Positions 22,265 through 31,179 of a DNA stretch of 38,933 bases are shown here, piece by piece. Below the pieces are notes generated by a model. That model did not search any database, was not told where the DNA came from, and saw only the letters and a list, made by a program, of their open reading frames with translations. Both the position numbers and the translations under genes were made by a program. The first letter of the stretch is position 1; each line of letters starts with the position of its first letter. Source of the stretch: a virus; IMG/VR virus record IMGVR_UViG_3300045988_053496, one strand, 5' to 3'.

Positions 22265-23549
22265 ATATGTGCCTGTTTTCAGCCCAAAGCACCTCTCGTA
22301 TATCCGCGCCTGTCGAAAAAATATGTACAACATCGCCGAGGGAGCTGTTCGCGCCGGAAAGACGGTTGATAATGTTTTCGCCTTCTGCACCGAGCTTGAA
22401 ACTTGCCCGGACAAGATACACCTTGCGAGTGCTTCAACATCGCCAACGGCAAAGCTGAATATCGGGGACTGTAACGGGATGGGCATTGAAGCCCAGTTCC
22501 GTGGACGCTGCACATGGGGCAAATATCGAGGAAACGACTGCATCCGCGTCAGGACGAAAACGGGAGAGAAGATTGTAATCTTTGCCGGAGCTGGAAAGGC
22601 AGACAGCTTCAAGCGAATCCGAGGAAACAGTTACGGCATGTGGATTGCAACGGAGGTCAACCTTCACCATGAATCTTTTATTCAGGAGGCGTTCAACCGA
22701 ACCGCTGCGGCAAAACTGAGAAAGTTCTTCTGGGACTTGAACCCAAGCGCACCGAATTCTCCGATCTATGAAAAATATATCGACCTGTACCGCATAAAGC
22801 AGGAGCGCGGAGAATTGCCGGGCGGCTGTAATTACGAGCTGTTTCTGATGCGCGACAATGCGACAATATCCGACGAGAGATTCGCGGAAATTGTCGCACA
22901 GTACGACCCACAATCCGTATGGTATAAACGGGACATCGAGGGAAAGCGCGTATCAGCCGAGGGCATGATCTACCCCGGTTATTCCTCAGCGCTCGAAACA
23001 CCGTTCACGCCGCCGCGCTGGCGTGATGTTTTTATTTCCATTGACTACGGCACACAAAACGCCTTCGCTGCTCTGTTGTGGGGCAAGAGCGAGGGCGTTT
23101 GGCATATTTTCCGGGAATATCGCTACTCAGGACGCGACACGCAGGTGCAAAAGACCGATGAGGACTATGTGCGCGACATGGAGCGGTTCGTCAGCGAGAG
23201 CCTGCCGGAAGACCAGCAGCGCAGCGTGATGACGATCATTGACCCTTCTGCTGCATCGTTCATCGCGGCGCTCAGACGCTCACGGCTTGCCTTCCGTGTA
23301 CGCAAGGCAGACAACGACGTGCTGGACGGCATCCGCGACGTTGCGGTTTGTATGCAGCGCGGAGACATACGGATTTTCGACAATCTGCCGGAGCTGCGGA
23401 AAGAATTTGACGGCTATGTTTGGGACGACAAGGCGGACGACAAGCCGATCAAGGTAAATGACCACCTAATGGACGCGCTGCGCTATGGAGTGCGCACCAT
23501 GCGGCTTGTCAAGCCGAAGGAAGAGTATAAAAGCCCATTTTTCGCATAA
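22245..23549 (+). CDS. terL: Terminase large subunit (PBSX-like family)
   Basis: Walker A AEGAVRAGKT. C-terminal nuclease-region motifs IDYG...DPSAASFI. Alternative ATG at 22251. Confidence 0.92.
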   Translation: MVMKTRKYVPVFSPKHLSYIRACRKNMYNIAEGAVRAGKTVDNVFAFCTELETCPDKIHLASASTSPTAKLNIGDCNGMGIEAQFRGRCTWGKYRGNDCIRVRTKTGEKIVIFAGAGKADSFKRIRGNSYGMWIATEVNLHHESFIQEAFNRTAAAKLRKFFWDLNPSAPNSPIYEKYIDLYRIKQERGELPGGCNYELFLMRDNATISDERFAEIVAQYDPQSVWYKRDIEGKRVSAEGMIYPGYSSALETPFTPPRWRDVFISIDYGTQNAFAALLWGKSEGVWHIFREYRYSGRDTQVQKTDEDYVRDMERFVSESLPEDQQRSVMTIIDPSAASFIAALRRSRLAFRVRKADNDVLDGIRDVAVCMQRGDIRIFDNLPELRKEFDGYVWDDKADDKPIKVNDHLMDALRYGVRTMRLVKPKEEYKSPFFA

Positions 23550-23564
23550 GGAGGTGATAGCCCG

Positions 23565-24938
23565 ATGGGTAGAATCGTCACGTATCAGGATTTCGTCGAT
23601 TTCGGCGACAGCGACGAGCAGCGCATTGCAGCTATCAAGCAGCTTATTTTCCAGCACAAGTCAAGCGAGTTCTGCAAGACGGCGCGATCCGCTGACATGT
23701 ACGACGCGCAAAGAAATGAAACCATCATGATGGCTGCGCCGCTCTTGTACGCGCTGAACGGTATGAAAGTGAAGGATTACACCGCGAGTAACCATCAAAT
23801 CGCGTCCAACTTCTTCCGGCAGCTCAACAAGCAGCGCACAACGTACTCACTCGGCAACGGTGTGACGTTCACGCGCGACGGCGTGAAAGAGAAGCTGGGA
23901 AAGGACTTTGACACCGATATTTCAAACGCGGCATACCTTGCGTTGATTCACGGCGTTTGCTATGTGTTTCTCGATGTTGACCATCTACACCGCTTCCCCG
24001 CGTATCAGTTCGCGCCGATGTGGGATGAGCGCAACAGCGCCCTGCGGGCTGGTGTGCGCTACTGGCGCATTGACGACAATCACCCCGGCTATGCCGTACT
24101 TTACGAGGAGGACGGCTTCACCGTCTACAAAGCCGAGAGGGGCGACGATTACAAGATTGACCAGCCGAAACGCGCGTACAAGCTGACCGTTCAGAAAGCT
24201 GCGATTGACGACGAGGAAACCATCGTCGGCGGTGAGAATTACAGTGGCTTGCCTATCGTGCCGCTCTGGGGAAGCGACTTGCACCAGTCAACGCTTGTCG
24301 GCATGCGCGGAGCGATTGACGCATACGACCTTGTATGTTCGGATTTCGCAAACGACCTATCGGAGTGCAGTCAAATCTACTGGCTCGTTGAGAACTACGG
24401 CGGCATGTCGGATGCGGATTTGGCTAAGTTCCGCGACAGGCTGAAACTTACGCACATCGCGGAGGCAGACACGCAGGACGGCGGGAAGATCACGCCATAC
24501 ACGCAAGAGCCGCCGAGCGCGTCGAGAAGCGCGTTCCTTGCGCAGATCAAGGACGATATCTACCGCAACTTCGGCGCGTTTGACGCACAGACAGTGCAGG
24601 CTGGAAGCAAGACCGCGACGGAGATCAACGCCGCGTATCAGGCGCTCGACCAGAATGCAGATGATTTTGAATATCAACTGACTGTGTGCATCCGTCAGCT
24701 TTTGGCGCTCGTCGGCGTTCCCGATGACGTTTTCCCAACGTACAAGCGAAACCGAATCAGCAACCAGCTTGAACAGGTTCAAATGCTGATGCTGGAAGCG
24801 ACGTATCTTGACAGACAGACGATCCTTGAGAATCTGCCGAACATCTACATTGACAAAGTACCGGAGATCATGGCGCGGCTGGATGAGGAAACGGAAGGAC
24901 GGTTCGTGCGCGAGGAATCGGAGGAGGAAACGACGTGA
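23565..24938 (+). CDS. Portal protein (SPP1 gp6-like)
   Basis: Size, position after terL and an acidic C-terminus. RBS ggaggtg. Confidence 0.85.
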   Translation: MGRIVTYQDFVDFGDSDEQRIAAIKQLIFQHKSSEFCKTARSADMYDAQRNETIMMAAPLLYALNGMKVKDYTASNHQIASNFFRQLNKQRTTYSLGNGVTFTRDGVKEKLGKDFDTDISNAAYLALIHGVCYVFLDVDHLHRFPAYQFAPMWDERNSALRAGVRYWRIDDNHPGYAVLYEEDGFTVYKAERGDDYKIDQPKRAYKLTVQKAAIDDEETIVGGENYSGLPIVPLWGSDLHQSTLVGMRGAIDAYDLVCSDFANDLSECSQIYWLVENYGGMSDADLAKFRDRLKLTHIAEADTQDGGKITPYTQEPPSASRSAFLAQIKDDIYRNFGAFDAQTVQAGSKTATEINAAYQALDQNADDFEYQLTVCIRQLLALVGVPDDVFPTYKRNRISNQLEQVQMLMLEATYLDRQTILENLPNIYIDKVPEIMARLDEETEGRFVREESEEETT

Positions 24939-26179
24939 AGCGCTATGGCATACCGTACAAAGGGAGCAAAAACGGCATAGCGCGGAAAATAGTCAGTTTT
25001 CTTCCATCAGCTGATGTTTTGATCGATATCTGCGCTGGCGGTTGCGCCATAACACACGCAGCACTTGAAATCTGTGAAGGACTTGCACCGAAGTGGGAGC
25101 GGATTATAGCGAACGACATTTGCGAAATGCCGTTAAAACTGTTCAAGGACGCAATATGCGGAGAGTATGCGGATGAAAAGCGATGGATTGATCGAGAAAC
25201 ATTTCAAAAATTAAAAGATGTTGACCCATATGTAAGATATTGTTGGAGCTTTGGGAATAACGGAACCGACTATCTATATGCGCAGCAGGTAGAACCGTGG
25301 AAAAAAGCGCTGCACTATGCGCGGGTTTTTGGTGACACGTCGCTCCTGCAAAATATGGGAATTGACGGCGACGGAAGCCGCGCAGACGTTCTGACGCATG
25401 AAGCCGAGTACAAGGATAAATATATTCGGTGGTGGCTTTCACATCAGAAATATTCCCCAGCAGAGCTTGACGAACTGATTAAAAACGTGAAAGCCGATGT
25501 CGAGAGAGACGAGGAAGAACTGAGGGCGTATCTTCTGAAAGCCTTGAAAACGTCAGGCTTGACGCAGGCCGAGGTTCAGCGTCGTCTCGGAACGCAGATG
25601 GCGGGGCATTACTTCGGGCGCTCACAATGGGAGTTCCCGACGCAGGAAATGTACCAACGTATGCAGGAGTTTATGCCGCTTCCCGACGATTACAATGAGC
25701 TTGTCGGATTGTACAGGCTTAGGCAAAGTCTGCAAAGGCTGGAAAGTCTGCAAAGTCTGCAAAGGCTGCAAAGTCTGCAAAGGCTGGAAAGTCTGCAAAG
25801 TCTGCAAAGGCTGCAAAGTCTGCAAAGGCTGCAAAGTCTGGAAAGTCTGGAAAGTCTGGAAATCTCATTCGAAAGATATGAAAACGTCAAAATTCCAGAA
25901 AATAGTGTGATTTACGCAGATATCCCGTATCAAGACACGGACTGCGGCAGTTATGAAGGATTCGACCATGAATCCTTTTTTAATTGGGCAGCGGAGCAGA
26001 AAACTCCCGTATTTATCAGCAGTTACAAAGTGGAGGACGAGCGCTTCACGTGCGTTTTTGAGTGTGACAAGCGATCTCTGAACAACGAAAAAGGTTCCGG
26101 GAAACTGATGAAAGAGCGGATTTATGCGAACGCGGCGGGGGTGACGGCACTTGGCCGATCAAGCGGTACTGTGGACTGA
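24935..26179 (+). CDS. D12-class (Dam-like) DNA adenine methyltransferase with an internal HTH-like segment and an in-frame tandem-repeat linker
   Basis: N-terminal YKGSKNGIARKIV and IDICAGGCAI match YxGxK and FxGxG-like motifs. Catalytic IYADIPYQ (DPPY variant) lies at about 25919-25930. GTG start overlaps the portal stop. Confidence 0.8.
   Translation: MKRYGIPYKGSKNGIARKIVSFLPSADVLIDICAGGCAITHAALEICEGLAPKWERIIANDICEMPLKLFKDAICGEYADEKRWIDRETFQKLKDVDPYVRYCWSFGNNGTDYLYAQQVEPWKKALHYARVFGDTSLLQNMGIDGDGSRADVLTHEAEYKDKYIRWWLSHQKYSPAELDELIKNVKADVERDEEELRAYLLKALKTSGLTQAEVQRRLGTQMAGHYFGRSQWEFPTQEMYQRMQEFMPLPDDYNELVGLYRLRQSLQRLESLQSLQRLQSLQRLESLQSLQRLQSLQRLQSLESLESLEISFERYENVKIPENSVIYADIPYQDTDCGSYEGFDHESFFNWAAEQKTPVFISSYKVEDERFTCVFECDKRSLNNEKGSGKLMKERIYANAAGVTALGRSSGTVD
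25715..25861. repeat. 9-bp tandem repeat array, AG(T/G)CTG(C/G)AA, 15 full units plus a degenerate leader, with a 45-bp higher-order duplication
   Basis: Units run 25727-25861. The block 25727-25771 is identical to 25772-25816. Translates to (S/R)-L-(Q/E) triplets, e.g. SLQRLESLQSLQRLQ. Confidence 0.95.
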
Positions 26180-27191
26180 TAAGCAGATCGAAGAGCTAGA
26201 GCGGCGCATCCGTGACGTGTACACTGACGCGGCGGCTGATATTCAGCGCAAGCTCGACAAGTTCATCGCGAAATTCCGCAGGGATGATAAAAAGTATCGT
26301 GCGCAGCTCGAAGCGGGAGAGATCACGCAAGAGACGTACCGCGATTGGCTGGCGGGGCAAGTGTTCCAAGGGAAGCGCTGGCGGCAGATGCTTGCCAGCC
26401 TGACGGAGACGCTGACGCATAGCAACGAGCTTGCTATGCAGATCATCAACGACACGACCCCGGAAACGTTTGCCTATAATGCCAACTGGTCAAGCTATGT
26501 GCTCGAAAAGGGCGCACGGATAAACATGGGCTTTGAGTTGTACGACGCATCGACCGTGAAGCAGCTTATCCGCGACCAGCCCGACCTTCTGCCGCCGTCA
26601 AAGGTGGATATACCGGTAGACAAGCGCTGGAATCACACGCAGATCACGCAGCAGATCACGCAGGGCATCATCCAGGGCGAACCGCTTGAGACGGTCGTGA
26701 AGCGATTGCAGCGCGTGACGACGGCGAACGAGGTCAGCGCAAGGCGACACGCGAGAACCGCGATGACCTACGCACAGAACGCGGGACGAATCGAAAGCTA
26801 TCATCAGGCGGCAAAGCTGGGTATCAATCTGCAAAAGGAGTGGCGGGCGACGCTGGACAACCACACGCGCCATTCTCACGCCATGCTTGACGGGCAGCGA
26901 GTAGACGTAGACAAGCCGTTTCAAAGCGAGCTGGGCGAGATCATGTGTCCGGGCGACCCGAACGCAAGACCCGCGAACGTGTACAACTGCCGGTGTGCGC
27001 TCGTGTCGTACAATCCCAAGTATCCGCCGCGAAATGAGACGCGGCTCGACAACATTACCCGCGAAACGATACCGTTCAGAACCTACGCGGAGTGGGCAGG
27101 ATGGAAGGAGGCGCACAATGGCGGGAAACCTGATCGACAACAGCGCGGCGTTTCTGGCAGGGCTGGAACGCGCAAAGGCGCGGGCGCTTGA
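26151..27191 (+). CDS. Head morphogenesis / minor head protein (SPP1 gp7, Mu F-like)
   Basis: RRHARTAMTYAQNAGR...ATLDNHTRHSHAMLDGQ...PGDPN....NCRC matches gp7-family motifs. TTG start. Confidence 0.88.
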   Translation: MADQAVLWTDKQIEELERRIRDVYTDAAADIQRKLDKFIAKFRRDDKKYRAQLEAGEITQETYRDWLAGQVFQGKRWRQMLASLTETLTHSNELAMQIINDTTPETFAYNANWSSYVLEKGARINMGFELYDASTVKQLIRDQPDLLPPSKVDIPVDKRWNHTQITQQITQGIIQGEPLETVVKRLQRVTTANEVSARRHARTAMTYAQNAGRIESYHQAAKLGINLQKEWRATLDNHTRHSHAMLDGQRVDVDKPFQSELGEIMCPGDPNARPANVYNCRCALVSYNPKYPPRNETRLDNITRETIPFRTYAEWAGWKEAHNGGKPDRQQRGVSGRAGTRKGAGA

Positions 27192-27540
27192 AACCATCGG
27201 TCAGAAAGCTGAAACATACGCAAAAGACAAGTGCCCCGTCGGAACGGTTGAAAGCACGGGAAAGAAAGGGTACATCGGCGGAACACTTAAAAACAGCATC
27301 ACTCACAGGGTTGATGATGACGTGGTGAGCGTGGGAAGCAACGTCGAGTATGCACCGTATGTTGAGCTGGGCACGGGTTCGCACTTCGAGGCACCACCTG
27401 AATGGGAACAGTTCACGACGACGCGGGGAAGCGGAATCGGTAAATCGTTTATGCGACCACATCACTATCTGAAACCCGCGATTGAAGATCACCGAGAAGA
27501 ATACAAGGAAATCATGCGAGACGAGCTGTCAGGAGGTTAA
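27118..27540 (+). CDS. HK97 gp10-family protein (head-tail/tail completion type) in an unusual position
   Basis: KDKCPVGT...GGTLKNSI...VGSNVEYAPYVELGTG...MRPHHYLKPA is the gp10 family pattern. Overlaps the previous gene by 74 nt. Confidence 0.75.
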   Translation: MAGNLIDNSAAFLAGLERAKARALETIGQKAETYAKDKCPVGTVESTGKKGYIGGTLKNSITHRVDDDVVSVGSNVEYAPYVELGTGSHFEAPPEWEQFTTTRGSGIGKSFMRPHHYLKPAIEDHREEYKEIMRDELSGG

Positions 27541-27542
27541 AA

Positions 27543-27713
27543 ATGGGGCTTATCAAGTGGTTTAGGCGCGAGAAAATCCGCCGTGGAGCGCGAAAAGAGA
27601 TCAAGCATGCGCGAGAATCCGCGGCCGGCACAAGGCAAGGTCAACGCGCACTGGCGCGGAAGATCGAGAAAATCAGGGCAAAGGCAAACAAGGAAATTGA
27701 CAAGCACCGCTGA
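27543..27713 (+). CDS. Small basic helical protein (56 aa, below the ORF-track cutoff)
   Basis: MGLIKWFRREKIRRGAREKEIKHARESAAGTRQGQRALARKIEKIRAKANKEIDKHR. The stop lies inside the terminator stem. Confidence 0.45.
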   Translation: MGLIKWFRREKIRRGARKEIKHARESAAGTRQGQRALARKIEKIRAKANKEIDKHR

Positions 27714-27733
27714 GAACAGCGGTTTTTCTTTTG
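27706..27733 (+). terminator. Rho-independent terminator inside the head module
   Basis: accgctg-agaa-cagcggt followed by ttttcttttg. Confidence 0.8.
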
Positions 27734-27810
27734 GCAAAAACGGCAAAGTACCGCCGTTTGCATATAAAGCGAAGGGCGAAGGACAGCCCCCGAAGTAAAG
27801 GAGCGTAAAC

Positions 27811-28416
27811 ATGGCATTCACGAGAAAATTCCTCAAGGCGCTTGGTCTGACCGAAGAACAGGTTGACAGCGTGGTTGAGGCGCACACGGAAACCGTTGAC
27901 GGGCTGAAAAGCCAGATGGCGGGCTACAAAGCCGACGCTGAGAAGCTGGAAGGCGTTCAGAAGGAGTTGAACGACCTGAAAGCAAAGGGCGGCGGAGAGG
28001 ACTACAAAAGCAAGTATGACAGCGAGCACGCGGCTTTTGAAAAGTACAAGAACGACCAGAACGCCAAAGAATCGGCGGCACTGGCCGAGCGACTGTACCG
28101 GGAGCAGCTTAACGCGCTGGGCATCACTGGAAAGCGAGCTGACAGCATCGTTCGTCTGACTGATCTTTCCGCAGTGAAGGTCAAAGACGGAAAACTGGAA
28201 GACGCTGACAGCGTGAAGAAGGGAATCCAGACCGACTATGCGGACTTCATTCCGAAGAAACGAACGGACGGTGCTGACCCTGCCGACCCGCCTCACAGCG
28301 GCGGCAAGATGAGCCGCGAAGAAATCTACAAGAAAGACGATAAAGGCCGCTATCTGCTTTCTACGGCAGAACGCCAAAAGGCACTTGCTGAAAGCATGGC
28401 GGCTGAATCCGAATGA
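27811..28416 (+). CDS. Scaffolding protein
   Basis: Coiled-coil, charged, immediately upstream of the capsid gene. N-terminal FLKALGLTEEQVDSVVEAH is typical of GP20-like scaffolds. Confidence 0.85.
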   Translation: MAFTRKFLKALGLTEEQVDSVVEAHTETVDGLKSQMAGYKADAEKLEGVQKELNDLKAKGGGEDYKSKYDSEHAAFEKYKNDQNAKESAALAERLYREQLNALGITGKRADSIVRLTDLSAVKVKDGKLEDADSVKKGIQTDYADFIPKKRTDGADPADPPHSGGKMSREEIYKKDDKGRYLLSTAERQKALAESMAAESE

Positions 28417-28433
28417 CCGAAAGGAGCTAGAAT

Positions 28434-29351
28434 ATGGCTGCTAAAACTGGACTGACGACCGCCGCGCAGTTTACCACCGAAGCGCGAGAGGTTGATTTTG
28501 TTACCCGCTTTTCCGACAACTGGGATGCGCTGAGAAAGATCATGGGCATCATGCGCCCGATCCGCAAGACCCCCGGCACGAAGCTGATCTCTTACAAGGC
28601 GACGGTTGACGGCACTCTCGCGGGTGGTACGAGCGTGGGTGAGGGCGAGGAAATCCCGTTCACCAAGCTCAAGGTTGCGCCCACGACCTACGGCGACATC
28701 GAGGTTGCCAAGTACGCCAAGAGCGTCAGCATTGAGAGCGTCGCCAAGTACGGCGCGGAAGTCGCCGTTGAAAAGACCGACGAGGCGTTCATCAACGCCC
28801 TGCAAACGCAGGTTCTGACCGACTTTTACACTTTCCTCGGAACCGGCTCTTTGAAAGTAACCGGCGAAAAGAGCTGGCAGCGAGCGCTCGCCATGGGCAA
28901 GGCAAAGGTGCTTGAGAAGTTCGCGGGCATGGACAAGGACGTGACCGAGGTTGTGGGCTTTGCCAACATCCTTGACGCTTACGATTATCTCGGCGACAAG
29001 GATATCACCGTGCAGACTGCCTTCGGTGTGAACTACATCGAAAATTTCCTCGGCTACCGCACTCTTTTCCTCCTGCCGACCAAGTACATCGCGCAGAACA
29101 AGGTTATCGCAACTCCGGTGGAAAACATCGACCTGTACTACATCGACCCCGGCGACAGCGACTTTGGCAAGATGGGGCTGAACTACACCGTCAAGGGCGA
29201 AACCAACCTGATCGGCGTTCACGCCGAGGGCGATTACAGCCGCGCCACTGGCAACATGTACGCGCTTATGGGTATGAAGCTCTGGGCGGAGTATCTGGAC
29301 GGCATCGCGGTTGCGACGTTTACCAAGCCCGCTGCGGCGGTTGGCGGCTAA
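28434..29351 (+). CDS. Major capsid protein
   Basis: Position after the scaffold, strong RBS aaaggagc, and size and composition typical of HK97-fold capsids in this module type. Confidence 0.88.
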   Translation: MAAKTGLTTAAQFTTEAREVDFVTRFSDNWDALRKIMGIMRPIRKTPGTKLISYKATVDGTLAGGTSVGEGEEIPFTKLKVAPTTYGDIEVAKYAKSVSIESVAKYGAEVAVEKTDEAFINALQTQVLTDFYTFLGTGSLKVTGEKSWQRALAMGKAKVLEKFAGMDKDVTEVVGFANILDAYDYLGDKDITVQTAFGVNYIENFLGYRTLFLLPTKYIAQNKVIATPVENIDLYYIDPGDSDFGKMGLNYTVKGETNLIGVHAEGDYSRATGNMYALMGMKLWAEYLDGIAVATFTKPAAAVGG

Positions 29352-29361
29352 GGAGTAAGCT

Positions 29362-29781
29362 ATGGAGATGCTTGAAGCGGTGCTGACGCACCTGCGAAAC
29401 TGGTTTCCCGTCAGGTGTGACGCTGGAACGTTCACCATCGCTTCCGGCATCCCTGACGTTGACTTTCTGAGGCCGGGGCAGTATTACCGCATCAGGGGTA
29501 GCGTGTTTTCCGACGGGCTGCACGTCTACCAGAGCGGCGAGACGCTGGCAGATGAAACCTTCAAGGGCGAAATCTGGGCGCTGGCAATCCCGAAAAGCGT
29601 CAAAGAGCTTGCGGTTGAAATCACCGCATACACGGAAAAGAACCCGGTGACCGACAAGGTTTCTGAGAGTTTCGGCGGTTACAGTTACTCCCGCGCATCC
29701 GGCACGACTGGTGCGCCGACGGGCTGGCAGGGGGCTTTCGCCTCCCGCCTTGCCCCTTATCGGAGGATAAGCGATGATTAA
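29362..29781 (+). CDS. Head-tail connector region structural protein
   Basis: Assigned by position. Contains the SESFGGYSYS motif recalled from equivalent phage genes. Confidence 0.55.
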   Translation: MEMLEAVLTHLRNWFPVRCDAGTFTIASGIPDVDFLRPGQYYRIRGSVFSDGLHVYQSGETLADETFKGEIWALAIPKSVKELAVEITAYTEKNPVTDKVSESFGGYSYSRASGTTGAPTGWQGAFASRLAPYRRISDD

Positions 29782-30133
29782 CGCGGAGCTAATCGAGATG
29801 TTTTCACAGCCATGCGTGATGCTAAAGAAAAAGCGCGTCCCTGATGGGTATGGCGGCTTTGAAACAAGCTGGTCGGACGGTGACAAGTTCGACGCGGCGA
29901 TTGTCAAAGATCAGAGTTTGCAAGCGCGCGTCGCCGAGAAGCAGGGCGTTTCCAGTGTCTACACCATCACGACGGCGCGAGGCGTTGCGCTTGAGTATCA
30001 CGAGGTTTTCCGCCGCGTCTCTGACGGGGCAATCTTCCGCGTGACGAGTGACTACACCGACAGCAGACCGCCTGACGTGGCGACGTTCGACTTTGAGCGA
30101 GTGACGGCTGAGAGGTGGGAACTTCCGACGTGA
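29774..30133 (+). CDS. Head closure / head-tail joining protein (SPP1 gp16-like)
   Basis: Size, position, and a pattern of KKKRVPDGYGGF.T.W followed by beta-rich sequence. Confidence 0.6.
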   Translation: MINAELIEMFSQPCVMLKKKRVPDGYGGFETSWSDGDKFDAAIVKDQSLQARVAEKQGVSSVYTITTARGVALEYHEVFRRVSDGAIFRVTSDYTDSRPPDVATFDFERVTAERWELPT

Positions 30134-30495
30134 ACGAGACGACAAAGGCACTATATAGCTTTTATTCCGGGTTCGGCATTGACGCATACCCGGAAAGCAA
30201 CGTGCCGGAGGACGCGAAACTCCCATACATCACCTACACCGTCATTGAGCCGGACTGGCGAAACGCCGCAAGCCATCAGGCGCGGGTGTGGTATCGGTCA
30301 GAAGGCTATAAGAAAATAAACGCCAAGGTTGACGAGATTACAAGGGCGGTTGGCGAGTTGCTCATGCTTCCGACGGCGAACGGCTACGTCGCCATTCGTC
30401 CCGCTGACCCGCTGGTGCAGTATCAGCCCATCGCAAACCCGGAAATCAAAGTCGCGTATCTCAATTTTCAAATCAATTCGTACCAATCGAGGTGA
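30130..30495 (+). CDS. Tail completion / tail terminator-type protein (DUF3168-like)
   Basis: Position directly before the major tail gene. GTGA start-stop overlap (alternative GTG at 30115). Confidence 0.55.
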   Translation: MNETTKALYSFYSGFGIDAYPESNVPEDAKLPYITYTVIEPDWRNAASHQARVWYRSEGYKKINAKVDEITRAVGELLMLPTANGYVAIRPADPLVQYQPIANPEIKVAYLNFQINSYQSR

Positions 30496-30500
30496 TATAA

Positions 30501-31127
30501 ATGGGAAAACCTGTTACGGCTGTCAGACCGCAGACGTTTGAGCGGTTGCAGCTCAATGCGGGTGCTTTTCTCAAAAATTTTGACATGAGCACCTACACCG
30601 ATTACAGCACGCTCGAAGAAGCACTTTTCGCCGCCATTAAGGACGGCACAAAGGCGCTGGGCGCGACGCGAGGCGGCGGTACGTTTACCGCGTCTCCGAC
30701 CATGCGCAGCATCGAAGCCGACGGAAAGCGGTATGAGTTCAAAGGCAGTACGGTCATTGATACTTGGGATATCAAGCTGACCGCGACGCTTATGGAGATC
30801 ACACCGGATAACTTCGTGCTTGCGCTTGGCACGGCTGAGAAGACCGAGGACAAGTCTTTTACAACTGGCAAAAAGACCACGATCAAGCTGCGAACCAATA
30901 TCGAAGACGGCGACTATATTCAGAATCTCGTCTGGTTCGGGAATACGTCCAAGGGGCTTGTCGCCATCGCACTTGACAACGCGCTGAACAACACGGGCGT
31001 GACGTTGACTTTCAGCGACAAGGGTGAAGGTACACTCCCGGTCGAGTTCCACGCATACCAAGACACCGTGGAGAACAACGATTACGCGCCTTGCGCGATC
31101 TACTTTTTTGACGAGGCGGCGCAGTAA
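30501..31127 (+). CDS. Major tail protein
   Basis: Position, size, the motif GATRGGGTFTASPTMRSIEADG, and a strong terminator after the gene. Confidence 0.8.
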   Translation: MGKPVTAVRPQTFERLQLNAGAFLKNFDMSTYTDYSTLEEALFAAIKDGTKALGATRGGGTFTASPTMRSIEADGKRYEFKGSTVIDTWDIKLTATLMEITPDNFVLALGTAEKTEDKSFTTGKKTTIKLRTNIEDGDYIQNLVWFGNTSKGLVAIALDNALNNTGVTLTFSDKGEGTLPVEFHAYQDTVENNDYAPCAIYFFDEAAQ

Positions 31128-31132
31128 CAACA

Positions 31133-31166
31133 CGCCGGGGGCTTTGCCTTCGGCGCTTTTCTTTTT
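31133..31166 (+). terminator. Rho-independent terminator after the major tail gene
   Basis: A 10-bp stem cgccgggggc-ttt-gccttcggcg (two G-U pairs) followed by cttttcttttt. Confidence 0.8.
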
Positions 31167-31179
31167 ATGAGGTGAGAAA

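Noticed and set aside
25715-25861. Possible CRISPR array, given the regular short repeats
   Set aside because: The units are 9 bp and directly abutting with no spacers, they lie in frame inside a methyltransferase ORF, and no cas genes are present.
28350-29450. Long minus-strand ORFs antisense to well-supported genes (also 1064..1744, 5835..6593, 11179..12120, 14508..15230, 16762..17838, 30468..31421, 35293..35913)
   Set aside because: These are shadow ORFs typical of GC-rich coding DNA. They overlap strongly supported + strand genes (capsid, RecT/exonuclease, helicase, PAPS reductase, major tail), lack RBSs and have skewed Arg/Ala/Ser composition.
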